From assembly GCA_036172245.1 (NCBI GenBank), contig JAYWIR010000025.1, forward strand, positions 1,736,001-1,800,000: a DNA stretch of 64,000 nucleotides, in the 5' to 3' direction. A program made the position numbers and the translations under genes. Source of the DNA: Raillietiella orientalis. Lineage: Eukaryota. Below the pieces are notes generated by a model that saw only the letters and a program-made list of their open reading frames with translations, had not been told where the DNA came from and searched no databases. Positions 25,201 through 37,200 of this stretch are shown piece after piece (position 1 is the stretch's first letter; each line of letters opens with the position of its first letter).

Positions 25201-28200
25201 TCATCGACACAAGACTACGGCCCCTCGGGGTATGCGGGGAGCACACAAACCGGCGCATGCCTCCTGGTTCCATACGTAGCATAGTATTTAATTTTAATTA
25301 TAAAAAAATTTGAATTAGTAATTATTTAAAATTTTGCTAATATGCGTGCCAGCGGTAGCGGTTAAACGTAAAAATTAAATTAATATTAACATTTTATTAA
25401 TTTGAAATGAAATTGAAATTTTTGGTTTTATATTTAAGTATTAATTTTTAATAAGCTCTTGTTCACAAAATAGAATTAGGTGCTCTAATATAAATAGTGG
25501 ATACTGGCGCAAGAGAGTGCAGGGTCTCTTGCCGGTCGAAGGGCCACCAGGCGGAACTCGTCTCTAACCTGCCACCTAGCGCCGCGCAAGGCAGGGGGCA
25601 CCCTGCCCTGCGCACGGTAGCAGGTAGGAAAATGCTTCTACCCCCTCTGTTGGCGCGTGACCTGTGCGGGCCTTCTCGGAAGAAGGCAAAAGGCGCTGAG
25701 ACGGAAGTATGTTTTTTTCCTCTTACGGATTGGCAAGATGGCAGGAAACGCGAACCACACGGCGAAACCAACGCGCAGAGAAAAGTTTTACCAAGAGAGA
25801 CGAAACGATCCAGTGCCAGAAGAAGCGTCCGAACGAAGGAGCAGTTGCCATCGACGTGCTGGAAGCCGCCTCGGGCGAGAGCGCGGGGGAGCTTCTCGCG
25901 GATGTTGGCAGGCTTGCCAGGTGACTCACACAGAGGCCTCGCTGCGGATCCTTTTCGAGGCTGCCAACTCCTGCCGCCCCCGCGTGCCCCTTTTCCTCCG
26001 CCCAGCGATTTCTCGTGACTTTTCGCTCCGAATGCCGTCGAAGCGGCGTCCGGAGACCACTGGCGATCACACGGCCTGCCGGAACCGGGAAGAGAGAGAG
26101 ATAGCGTTGCAGGCACGCTGCCTCTTTCTTCCTCCCTCCCTCCTTTTCTCCCCTCTGCAGCAGCAGCCGAAGGATTCAGCGACCCACTTGTTGCCGTGAC
26201 CCTGCCGATTCTCTCCCTCACGAGAGGACGCTTCCCTGCCAGCTCGAGCGGATCTCCGAGCAGAGGTCAGGGCGGACGCCCCGATGCAAATTCGGCGCGC
26301 TGCTTCCTGTGTCCCGTGCCGCAGTTGCGTCAGGTGCCGGCGATAGCTGCTTCCGCAGGAAAGCAGGAAGAGCGTCCCCGATACCTCGCCTCCCGCACGG
26401 TCCCTTTATCTGTCCGGGACGATCGGCCGAGAGCTTTCGGCGCCGACAGGAGGGCACGCACCCCGCTCCTTCCCGCCTCCATTCCTCTCACCCTCCGAAC
26501 CCCCGTTCCCGGAAGCTCTGCCGCCGTCGTCTCTGGGAGAGGCCTCTATTTCGGTCCGCGAGTCTGGAAGCAGCGGCGCTCCTCGTCCCCTTTTCCCCCG
26601 CACCATCTCAGCCAAAGAGATGGCGCGGGGGAAGTTCGGGCGTAGTTCAGTTGGTTGGGCGTCAGCGTGGAGTGGAGAGTGGTAGCTCAGAACTTCCCGG
26701 TATTTCTTAAGAAATCTCTCAAGTCATTCGACCGAAGTTAGGAAGGTTTGCCCGAAAGCCGGGAAAGGGAGGGGGATGAGGAAAAGGAAAGAAAAGGGAC
26801 ACGGACGATCATTGTTTCCCTGTCCCCTTCCCTCCCTTCTCGCGGCCACGAGCCAAGTAGGGCACAGAGGAAGGAGCTGCAAGCTCAAGTTCTAGCGAAA
26901 ACGGTCCTGTTGGAAGTTGTTTGCCTTCCCTGGTAGGTGACCTGGAACTTCAGGCCATTCTCATCCTCCGGGACCCTTCCTGCTCGCTGGGATCAGCTTT
27001 CCTGAAGATTCCGAGCCTCCAGAGGCAGATTCGCCTGGGCAAGAGGCAGACTGGCGCTGCTTTCTGGAACCTTCAGGGATGAGGTCCTGAGCGGGGCGGT
27101 GGGAAGGGAATCGAAGAATGGTAGTTGAACCGGACCCGCGGCCGCAGCTCCACGCGGAATCGCGAGGGAAGCTCCGCCTCCCTCACGATACGCGTCGTGT
27201 GATGCGCGCACCGCAACCCATGGAAGCAGCCGAGTGGGCGCCAGACGCGAGCGGCTCGAAGCCGGGAAGCGAGCGGGTGTTCTCGGCGAGGCTCGTGGTG
27301 ATCGCCACGGGGATTCGGAAGGCAGCAGCAAGCCTGGCAGACCTCGAGTTCTCACGGGCATACCGCGAAAGGAATCGTTGCAGGTGCCTCCGAAGGCCTC
27401 CGGTCGCGCGGGACAGGGAAAGGACGAAGGATTAGCGGACGCTTCCGAGCTCACCACTACTTTTCCAAGACATTTCCGAGGACGGTGCACGGGAGCGGTA
27501 CGAGTTTCGAGGCGAAACGGGCTGCAGGCCTTAGGGCATTTTGCCAAACGTCCTCTTCTCCACATCCGTCCTCCCCCTAGAATGGAGACAAGAGGCGAGA
27601 CTTTGCTGGGGTCTTGAGCTTAGCCTTTAATGCCAACAGGACGGGCAGCGCCATCCCACCCCAACGCCTCTGGTTGTGACGCGTCACAGCTCGTGGAAAG
27701 CTTCGTCAGCACGAATGTTTCTGGATGAAGCCCGCCGCATCTTCGAAGCATCTTCCGCGATGCTCTTGGGGCTACAGGGATGCGGAGTAGCAAGAAGGCA
27801 GTTGAAGCCTGGAAAGCTGGTCGCGAGTCGTTTCAGCATTTGACGTCTGCATTTGGTCATTTCTTCGTGAGAGGAGGATCAAGACAGCAAGCAGGCTCGG
27901 TTCGAATCCCCATGTGGAGGATTGGCGCCGTGGGTTTCGAGTTTTCCCGCAGGAAGGGGTTGGGTGTCCCACAGGCTTCGGGTAGGGTTCTGGCATGACG
28001 CTCGTGAGCTCTGGAGATCGGATGTTCCCTACGACTAGGCGAAATCGGGTGGTCTTTCCAGGAGTCACGGAGCTCCGGGCTGTCCTCCAGTCTGTGTCAT
28101 GGATAAAGACTCTATCCCCCACTCGGGAGGTCAGTCACCGTGTTGAATAAGGAGTCATCTAATACTTTAAATATTAAGCATACGACTTGGGTACCATTGT

Positions 28201-31200
28201 TGAGCTTATCTAAATGGGAAGACTTAGCTAAAAAATTAGCTCCTGGATATTATAACAGCCACTTCCTGCAATTTCTATCACCATAGTGGAATCTGCTGGT
28301 AATGAGAATACTGATGAAGAAAAAATTAATGCTGATACTTCTTTATTGGATGAAAAGGTTCAATACATGGGATATTGGGGCACAGTATCAGGAAAATATT
28401 TTCCGAGAGATTTAAAGAAAATTTCTGACTCTCAAATTAGAGATCCCTTGGGTTCTCTTCGAAGACAACCATGGAGTGGGTTCGCTTCCTCGGAGTTCTC
28501 TCGCGAGGAGTCCCGAGAAAAGCGGAACCCTTCACGGATCAGTGGAAGTGCCTGCAACAGCAAAAGCAGACAAATGCCTCTAGCTTCTCTGTTGGCGCGT
28601 GACCTGCGTGGACCTTCTCGGAGGGAGACGGCAAAAGGCTCCGAGACAGAAATGTGTGTGTGTGTGTGTTTTTTTTTTCTTGTGGATTGGCAAGATGGCA
28701 GGAAACGCGAACCACACGCCGAACAGAAAGGCTCAGGGAGAAGTTTTACCAAGAGAGAGGAAACGAACCAGTGGAAGAAGAGGCAGCCGAACGGAGGAGC
28801 AGCAGAGAGGCATGAAAGGAAAGGAAACGTCTAACGAACTACAGAAAGTTGGAGATCTGCGACGGGCTTTTCCATCAGCAGCCTCCTGGAGACTCGGAAA
28901 AATCAAATCACTCCCTCCAGTGTGTAAAATTACGCCCAGCACATGGAAACAGTTTCGGATATTTGGGAATTGCGAAGGAGCATTCAGGGATGCGGGAGAA
29001 AAGCAGGAGCTGGAAAGCAGATGAAGCTGGAGCATACCGAGTTCTTTACGGCATGTTTCAAGACAGAGGAACCAAGCAAGTTCCCCCGGAAGGAGATGCA
29101 AAAGATGAGCTGGAAGAGATACGTTTGTCCGAGCAGGAGACTCGAAGTTCAGTAACTATGACAACAAAACCAACGAGTATCTTTAGAACAACCCGTGGAT
29201 AAAGGCATACTTTCTGGGGCTTGGAATTTCAATGGATATTTTTAACAAGGGTAGTGCAGGCGAGGGATTGAGGAGACGAGATTCGTAAAAGACGCGGTGG
29301 ATAGAATGACCGTCCGTGGTTAAAACGCAGGTGTACCACCTTTTGAATAAGACCCAGCACCTTTTCCAATGCTGCCACTGCTCTTCAGGAGCGCCTTGGT
29401 GATCCAGCATGCACAGCTGAACGGCTGGTGGGAGGCTGTGAAACGAGGGTTCCAAACCATCCCGAATTTTCTCCCCAGCCTATTCCTCGTTCCTCTTTGA
29501 TCCCTGGGAATCGTCTCCTGCTTTGATTCCTTTATCCTTCTGCCCCGAAATACAAGAGTTGCTTGAAGCTAAATCTTTGAGACTACTGCTAGGAGGAGGA
29601 ATTGGAATCACTGATGGTCCCACTGGAATGGTGTTTCGTAGTTTGGGGATAATGATAGAAGGGAGGCTGGGTGGACGCAGGGTGGAACCTACTCTGCCAT
29701 TACTGGGACGAGTTCCCGAACGAAAACGGATTGCCTCATTCGATATGACTAACGAGAATGATGCATAATGCATGTGTAGTGTGAGTGATAAAGAATGAAG
29801 TGTCTACATGGGAGTTGTGGCCATTTTGTTGCGCTAAAGGAAGGCGCATCACTACAGCTTTTGTAGGTAAAGTCTTGCAGGAAGTGCCACGAGGAAGCTT
29901 ATCTCGTGATCCTTTCTCGAGACCTCGGTCGCTTTTCTTTCCTCTTCTCGTAGTGGCTCGACCCCATCTTGCGATGCTCTTGGAGCATTTGCTTGCCAGT
30001 TAGTGTGGCTCGCCATGCGGGTATCGGAATTAAACGCATGGAGGAACGCGTTTGTTCGTTTTTTTTTCTTTTCTTTCCTTTTTTTCAACCCTCGGATGTG
30101 TACAGGGAAGTGTAAAAGACTGTTGTGGACAAAAGAAAAGACTTACTGGCTCCGATGACGTTTTCGTGAGCGTAACATTATCTAGGAATAAGTTCCATTC
30201 CTCTCTTGACGTCAACCTTGCGGGAAACCCTTCGATTTTGTTTTCTTTGGGCACTCACCATCCGGTGTGGTAGTACCTGAATCCGATGGCGTCTGCGGTG
30301 GTATTTTGTTGGGGGAGGAAGGACGCTAGACGTACGGAAGCGAACAGTCTTCAGCCGATGAAATACCGCAGTTGGATCCTGTCACTTGTCTTGGATGACA
30401 CGTGACAGCTCCAAGTCATGAAGGCAAACCACCTGCGGCGCTCCCCTAATTTACCCATCTTAGGATGGAACAGCCTCAGAGCGTTCTAGACGGGAGCCAA
30501 AGCAGCAACTCTCTGTGATTTCTGCGCCGCTCACGCACCGGTGGAATTAGATTTCGTGCACCGCTGCCGTATCGTGGTCAGATTCTCTGGGAACACGCAA
30601 AGCCGGTGGCGCGTTGTCCAGAATGCCCTGGGCACCTTCAAAGAATCGAATCTATCGGGCTCGCAAGGTCATCACGTTTCACGAGTGGAGGATGCAGGGG
30701 ATGGGGAACCGCGAACGATTGCGATTCTTATGGTCTTCGTTTTACGGAAGCTCCCGAGACGCACGTGAACGAGCGCCGGTGTTTCCCTGCAGCGTGTGCA
30801 CTTGGCTGGTGCTCGCCCAACGCGAACGGCGTGCCAAGCGTACAGGACGGATGTGCCGCATTGTCCTCTGAGAATGAAGCTGAAGGAGAATGATTGCATG
30901 GGAGGATGCCTGTTTCCCCCCTCTTGGAGGGAATGTCAGCCGAAGGAACTCGAGATCTGATGCGAGGACGCCGCGCGTATTCCAGATTCAAAATCGCACT
31001 TCTGTGGTTCATAAATCTTGCCTTCCAGACTGGGTGCTGAACGAGCAACACTGCTACAGGTTCTTCGACATAAAGCACTCTTGGAGTAAGGCAGCGGAAA
31101 TTTGCCGCAGGTGAGATGAATCCCTTTGCATCCGTCGGAGATGCAACTCTTTTTTTTTTTTCGTTTCGGCTTTACCTCAAGAAATATGCACGCATAAAAG

Positions 31201-34200
31201 CAAGCCGTCGTCTTTCGAACGTTTTCATTTTACTTCGTTTTTTGACATTTTCAACTGCTGTTTTCATGTTCTGCTGCTCCAGAGATTTTCGTCATCTCTT
31301 CTTACAGCTCCATCCTTTGATAACGAGGTCAACTCGGCATTCATGACTGACGCCAATGAGTTTATATTCAAAACTATGAGATCCAACGAGTTTCCCTATG
31401 CTGGATGAACTTCTCAGCATTCGAATGCACAAGAAACTTTCTGGCCAGTTCGATCTGGTGCATTTTTTTGCAGAAGATGCATTCTGTCTTGAGATGGAGG
31501 AAGTACCTGACGATGCGGACAGCTCACACATCACTGTATACCATGCTGTGTATTCGCTTTTCATTAATTTTTTTTTGCTTGAGAAGGCTGACTAATTCGA
31601 AGGGGCGGCCAGTGGTTTCTTGAGTGGACGCTGACCTGCGAATGTTTCATACCGACCAACTTTTTTTTTTTTTTTTTTTTGCGACCTCACCACTTCCGTA
31701 AGAGAAGCCCCAAGTAGTTCTACGGTATTTGTCTCTCTCTGTTCAGATGGTTTCCATCCTTTAGGAATTTTCTCATGACTCATTCGTCCGGTTGCTGATG
31801 TCTGGAACCCAATTTTCCGAGCCGAGGGATCGGTCGACATAGGTCCGCTTAGAAATTCGCGCCTTTCGGTTCTTCGGATCGGCGACTTTGCAGCCCCGGA
31901 GGGGATTCAGGAGCTGTGTTGTGGACCCCTCCTGGAAGCGTCTTCCATATTGTGTCCGCATTCTCATATTCTGCGGCAGGCAGCTGCTGACGTACGCGGT
32001 GCACGCACGCACGCACTTGCACGCTTAGAGCAAAATTTTCGTTTCTCTCCCAACACACGCTTGCTTCGAAGATGCTGCAGTGGATCACGATCACACAGAT
32101 AACACGGGTAACATCCACCGTTCCATGCACTCTTCACTTGCATGTGTGCAGTTTTGCACGTGATCGTGGAAGTATCTTAAGAGCATGCATTTTTTTTTTC
32201 GCGCCCGCACCATGCAAGAGACTGTACGTCACCTTTCCAGCTGCACGCGTACAATTTATGCACACGTATAGTTCGCCTGTGTGCAAAAGTGCATGCATAG
32301 AGTCTACGCTGTGGCACACGACATGGTCACCTTGCTGACAAATGGGAAAGAACAACAACGCGGTTCCTTCTGGTGCTGACTTGAAGAACCGTTCTTTTCT
32401 CATCCGTGGTCACACGTTGCGCGTGAATTCACTGCTTTCTAAGACCCAGTTCATGGGGCCGCGGATCCTCATGTATAGACAAGAACAACTCCAACATAAA
32501 CATACGCTCACGACGCTGCTGCTTAACTGAAAATATGGCAGGTTGTCGTAGATACACTAATAGTAAGCAGCGGACACAGTCCTGCCGAGATACTTTGCGG
32601 GGCTTTCGAAAGTGAGCGGGATGACGGTACACTCATCTTGCGATTGCGGAGCTGTCAAGTGTACAAAGCAATAGCTATTACTCGGCACTGTAGCTGCTCT
32701 AGAGGACTTGTAACCGGCGAAGAATTGCCAAAAACTTTCAATCTGTCCTCGTGAGTGTTTGCGGCAGAACACCACTCGAAAAGATTCTGCCTGCTTCTCT
32801 GTCCCGTTCTTCGAAACGAAGAGCTCAAGTGAGCTGAAGGTTCGAATTATCACAGGAGAGGACTCTAAAAGTCGGACGAACTTTAGAGATCGTGTTGAAG
32901 GTACATCGACCATCTCGGAACTCCACGAAGTCGCAGAGTTGGGTTGAGGCTGGAAATCTATCATTCTTAGAAATCTCTCCGGTTCTGTACAAACTCTACT
33001 TGCTTTTCTAAAAGTGATAGCTCAGAAGGGACGCCATTCCCTTCCTGATGATGGCAATATGAGATAAGAGGGCATCTTAGATGATTAGTTAAAAAGTCTT
33101 TACTCCATTTTCAGATACGGAAGTTCCTTGATACAGCCAAATGACTACCAACAGAACAATTTTTCATACCATCTGGCCCGGAATGAGCTTCTTAAAAAAA
33201 ATGAAGACAGATACTGGATTGGTTTGACGATACTGGACGATCTGTCTACGAATACTTTAGAATCGGCATCCGGGAGCTTGGTTTCTCAGTACACAGGTAA
33301 CGAAACAACCCAAAAGATTGCTCCTGCCACTTTGCTACAGCTGGAATTCCAATCTATACCCAGTGATCGCTCCCTGTTTTTCTTCTGCGTAACTGCCACA
33401 CACACATTCCTCATTTCCGAAAAAGACACAGCTCGTGGCTTGTTCGCGTCTGCGCTTCCGTACTCCCGAGAAAATTCGGAGCAATTTTGAAAATGGGTTT
33501 TCTTTTTTCTTTTTCAGGTTTCTGGGCCAAGAAGCAGCCTAATCCTGAGGATGGACAGTGCGTATTCGCACAGTTGGGCCACCAAGAAAAGAGCTGGACT
33601 ATTGGAACATGCGAGTCCTTGTTCCCTTTCGTATGCCAGTCGAATGCATACCCTCAAGGTGAGTGCGAAAAGTCACAAGAGCGGGCACTTCCAGCTCCCG
33701 GAGGGTCGGGAACACACCTTTCCTAACAAACTGTGTGTCTCCAGCTCTATTCCCCATTCCTCCTTCTCCTGCAGCGCACACGGCTGTCGCTTACATCGTC
33801 TCTTGGACTGGCGTTTCAGATTGACCCGCCAACTCTTCAGATGCTGCAAAGCCGTCGGGAACGCGAGCCGAAAGACAAACACAGCTCGAAACGTGAAAAA
33901 AAAGATAAAAGATTCGATGAAGCATGTACTTTAGATGTACATCCTTCGTCCGCACACATGCTGGAATAAGTGATCAGTAAATTAGAGTGTGAGAGTTCCG
34001 ACCACTGGTCGGTGTCACATTTGTTGTTCAGTGTGACCACCAGCTGACGACCGTACGCGTTTCTAACCAAGGTTAAAACGATTTACATATTCGCAACTCA
34101 GTGTGCCAATTATTCACGATGAAGCGTGCCTCCAGCCAAAGGTCAAGTGTGCTGCCAACCAAGTCGTCCCGATGTTCGCAAGCTCTGGAGGGTGTTCAGG

Positions 34201-37200
34201 AGTCGGCAAACGCCTGTGTTGCACGGACGTGCTGCAGGCACAGATGCACGCACGCACGCGTGCACCCTACGACGCGAGCGAAGGCCTGCGCGAATCCTCG
34301 GAGGTTGTTTTCTCCCCCCCCGCGAAGGCGGTTCCCGGGTGGCAACGCTCCGAGCGCTCGCCGCGACCATGCAGCTCGAAGTGATTCCTTTTTCCGAGTA
34401 CCGGGACCCCCTAGGAAATCTGTCAAGAGGTCGTGCCCACCAGCGACGGACGCCAGAAAGGCGGTGTTTTCGAAAACAGGAAAGTCCGTGCAAGCGAGAG
34501 CCGCTCGGTGCCCGGCCATGTTTGCGCCCTTCCTCGGAGGAGGAAAGCGCACCGGGCGTCCGTCCGTCTTGGAGCGAAGCGCTCGCTGCCCTCCAGCAGG
34601 CGGCCGGGAGAGTTCGTGCCATTCCGGTAAACAACGCCGAGAGCGCGCGCGATGTACCGTTTCAATCGTTTTGGGAAATTGCCGGCTTCGTCTCTTCGCC
34701 GGATCCCCGGAGACGGGTCAGCCTCCACTTAGGGGACTCGGAGAGCGTTCCGCGGCGGGATGCTGCCGCCTGCCCGGGCGCGGGGACGCGTCCACCTCGC
34801 GTGAACTCGAAAGCCGAAGGAAGTGGCCGGAGCGCAGACAAAGAACGTCTGCAGAGTGTCCCTGCTCTCTTCGCCGATCGCATTCCAGAATGGTGTCCCA
34901 ATTATTGCGAGCGAGGAGGCGCCCGGGATCCCCCCTTTCGTGATGGGAAGCGGATCCGTCTTCCTCTCCCTAAGCTGAATCGCCCTCACATCAGTTTCCG
35001 TAGCCGTAGACTGTCTTTTCCATTAACAAATAGCTCTAGGGCATCTCCCTCCCTCTCTCTCTCTCTCTTTTTCCTTTTTTGTCTTTTGGTGAGTCGGTTG
35101 CCGGCTGCGCGGTGATCAAAATATGTCTGCGGCGCGCGCGTGCGCGCGAGGTTGATGGTGGAGGAGGAAGAAAAGGAGGAAGACGTTTCTTTGCTCAGAG
35201 GCGGGGAATTTCGCGATTCGGCGGCACGAAGCCTGCGAAATATTCCCCGAGTTCCTTCTTCTAGAATCTCCCATTTTCCACGCCTTTTCTCCCTCGCGGT
35301 TGCCAGGATTTACGGCCTTGTTTTCGCGGTAGCCTCCAGACGCACGGTGGTGGTTCCAATCACGAATTCATATCAGTTAATGCGACGGCTTGGGGAGGAA
35401 ATTCCACTCACCGCGGAGGAATCGGTAGCCAATGGCGTGAGGCCGCACAAAATGCTTTTCATTTCGGGGAGTCCAGCGGTCATGCCGGAACCGGTCGGAG
35501 CGCACCTGAACGTGGAAACAAGAGGAGGAGGAGGATGAAGAAGGAGAAGGAGAAAGAAAAAAAAATCCACAAAGGCAACGAAAAGTCTGAAATGGGGGGT
35601 GCTGGATTTTGGAGACGGAAAAATCGCCTCAAGGGCAAACGAAAAAGAGCGGTCCGTACTCCCTTCTGCTGGACGTTCGATCCCGAAGAGCCTCGAATCT
35701 CGAGTATCTCCCTGGGATGAACCCAGGGAGATACTCGTGCGGGCGAGTGGGTGGATTGATTGCAGCATCCAGCAAGGGAAGCGCGAAACGGAAAGTGGGA
35801 AAGCTCTGAGAGAAAGAAAGCAGAAGCTGTGCTCTGTGGACGCGGACTCTCCGCGCGGAGGGACGGCTCAAGAGCGACATGTATAATCAGGAAACACGTG
35901 ACCGCCATCGCCGCCACTCCAAAGAGAGAAGATGAGAAGGGTGAAACCCGTGATGTTTTTGTTCGTACCATCGCACCCAGCCGCGCGGTCTCGAAGACTG
36001 AAGCGGTTGCGGGAGACACAGTTTCGAGGCGCTGGGCGTTCGGCGCGAGCACGGAAGCGACTCCAGTCTGGCGCTGCTTTGCCATGCGATCTGGGACTAG
36101 GAAACCCGGTGGAGAAGGGGGGACCTTTCCCGGTTCCTTTCGCTTGTCGGGGCACCCGTTCGACCCCGTGGTTTTGCTCTTGGTCCGCGAGCGAAGATCG
36201 CTCACCCATCACCTTCTCTGATGTTGCCTTCCCCTCATCTTCTCTGATGGCTTTCGGAAGTTTTGGAGGCTGAATCGATTCGAACGGAGCCTGCGAGGAC
36301 GATGCGTCGCCTGGAGCACTCAGAGAGACGATATATGGCTTAGGGGAAGGCAAACTGGCGAAGCACCCTCCGTGGATGTTCCGGGCGTTAAGGTTACCTT
36401 CCTTTCGGAGATCTACGAAGAACACTAGCTGCGACGGTTGCCGTTCGAAACACGAATTCCTGCACACGAGCACAAAAACACTGCACAGTAGGCTTTATTT
36501 AATGTATTCGAAATTATGCATAAGCAACTTTTACTGGAAGGAGAAGAGAAGAAAAGAGCTAGATCCGCTGAGCGGCCGAACGCGGGGGCGGTTGCTCGGA
36601 AACACTGGGATGGGCTCACCTCTCCTGCCCTACCACCTTTCCAAGAAACAACCACGCCTCAGCGCGAGGGGATTAAAAAGACTCGTGAGAGCTTAAAAGG
36701 AGAAGAAGAGAAACAAATATCTACTCGATGTAAAATATTGAAGTTTAAGCGCAAAGGAATTGTACAAGCTCACGAGGAAAGATCTCTTCAGCAGTCGGAT
36801 TGCGCGGTAGGATCCGAGGCCCGAAGCCTCTCAACGAGAAAGAGGGTTGAGTACGCGTTGAGGACCGCACCAGAGTTCCGTTCCTTTGAGTTTCAAAACC
36901 TAAAAAGAGAAGCAGCTTTTGAATCCCTCTCTAGGTGTGTCCGTGCTTACACGACTGCAGCAGCGCATGCTGCTGCTGCTGTGGCCGATCGGCTTTGCGT
37001 TTCGCCTTTCCTCGAGAGACATTCGGCCAAACTCACTGATCGATGGCTTGCTCAGGAGAGTTGAACCGGAGGAATATTAAATACCAGATTTGCGGATGCC
37101 GCAGACAGGTCCATATGGAAGGACTGAGTCCTCTCTTCGCGAAAGAGGTGCATCTTTCTCTCGCGTCCGCGCGCTTCTCTGGTCCTCAGGGATACCGAAG

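Larger units (their letters stand above)
27860..29800 (+). mobile_element. Degenerate RTE-like LINE relic interrupted by the AT-rich insert
   Basis: 5' part resembles 40870-41200. The 3' part has EIRKR (~29278) and [11 protein letters not shown] (~29650), like the RTE C-terminal G..eG.R..GR motif. Confidence 0.45.

Noticed and set aside
26637..26700. tRNA-like 5' arm GGGCGTAGTTCAGTTGGTT (A box)
   Set aside because: No T-loop/B box or acceptor stem follows; at most a SINE head fragment.
34101..35115. ORFs of 280-329 aa in intron 4
   Set aside because: No recognisable domain; a GC-rich repeat-like tract open in several frames.
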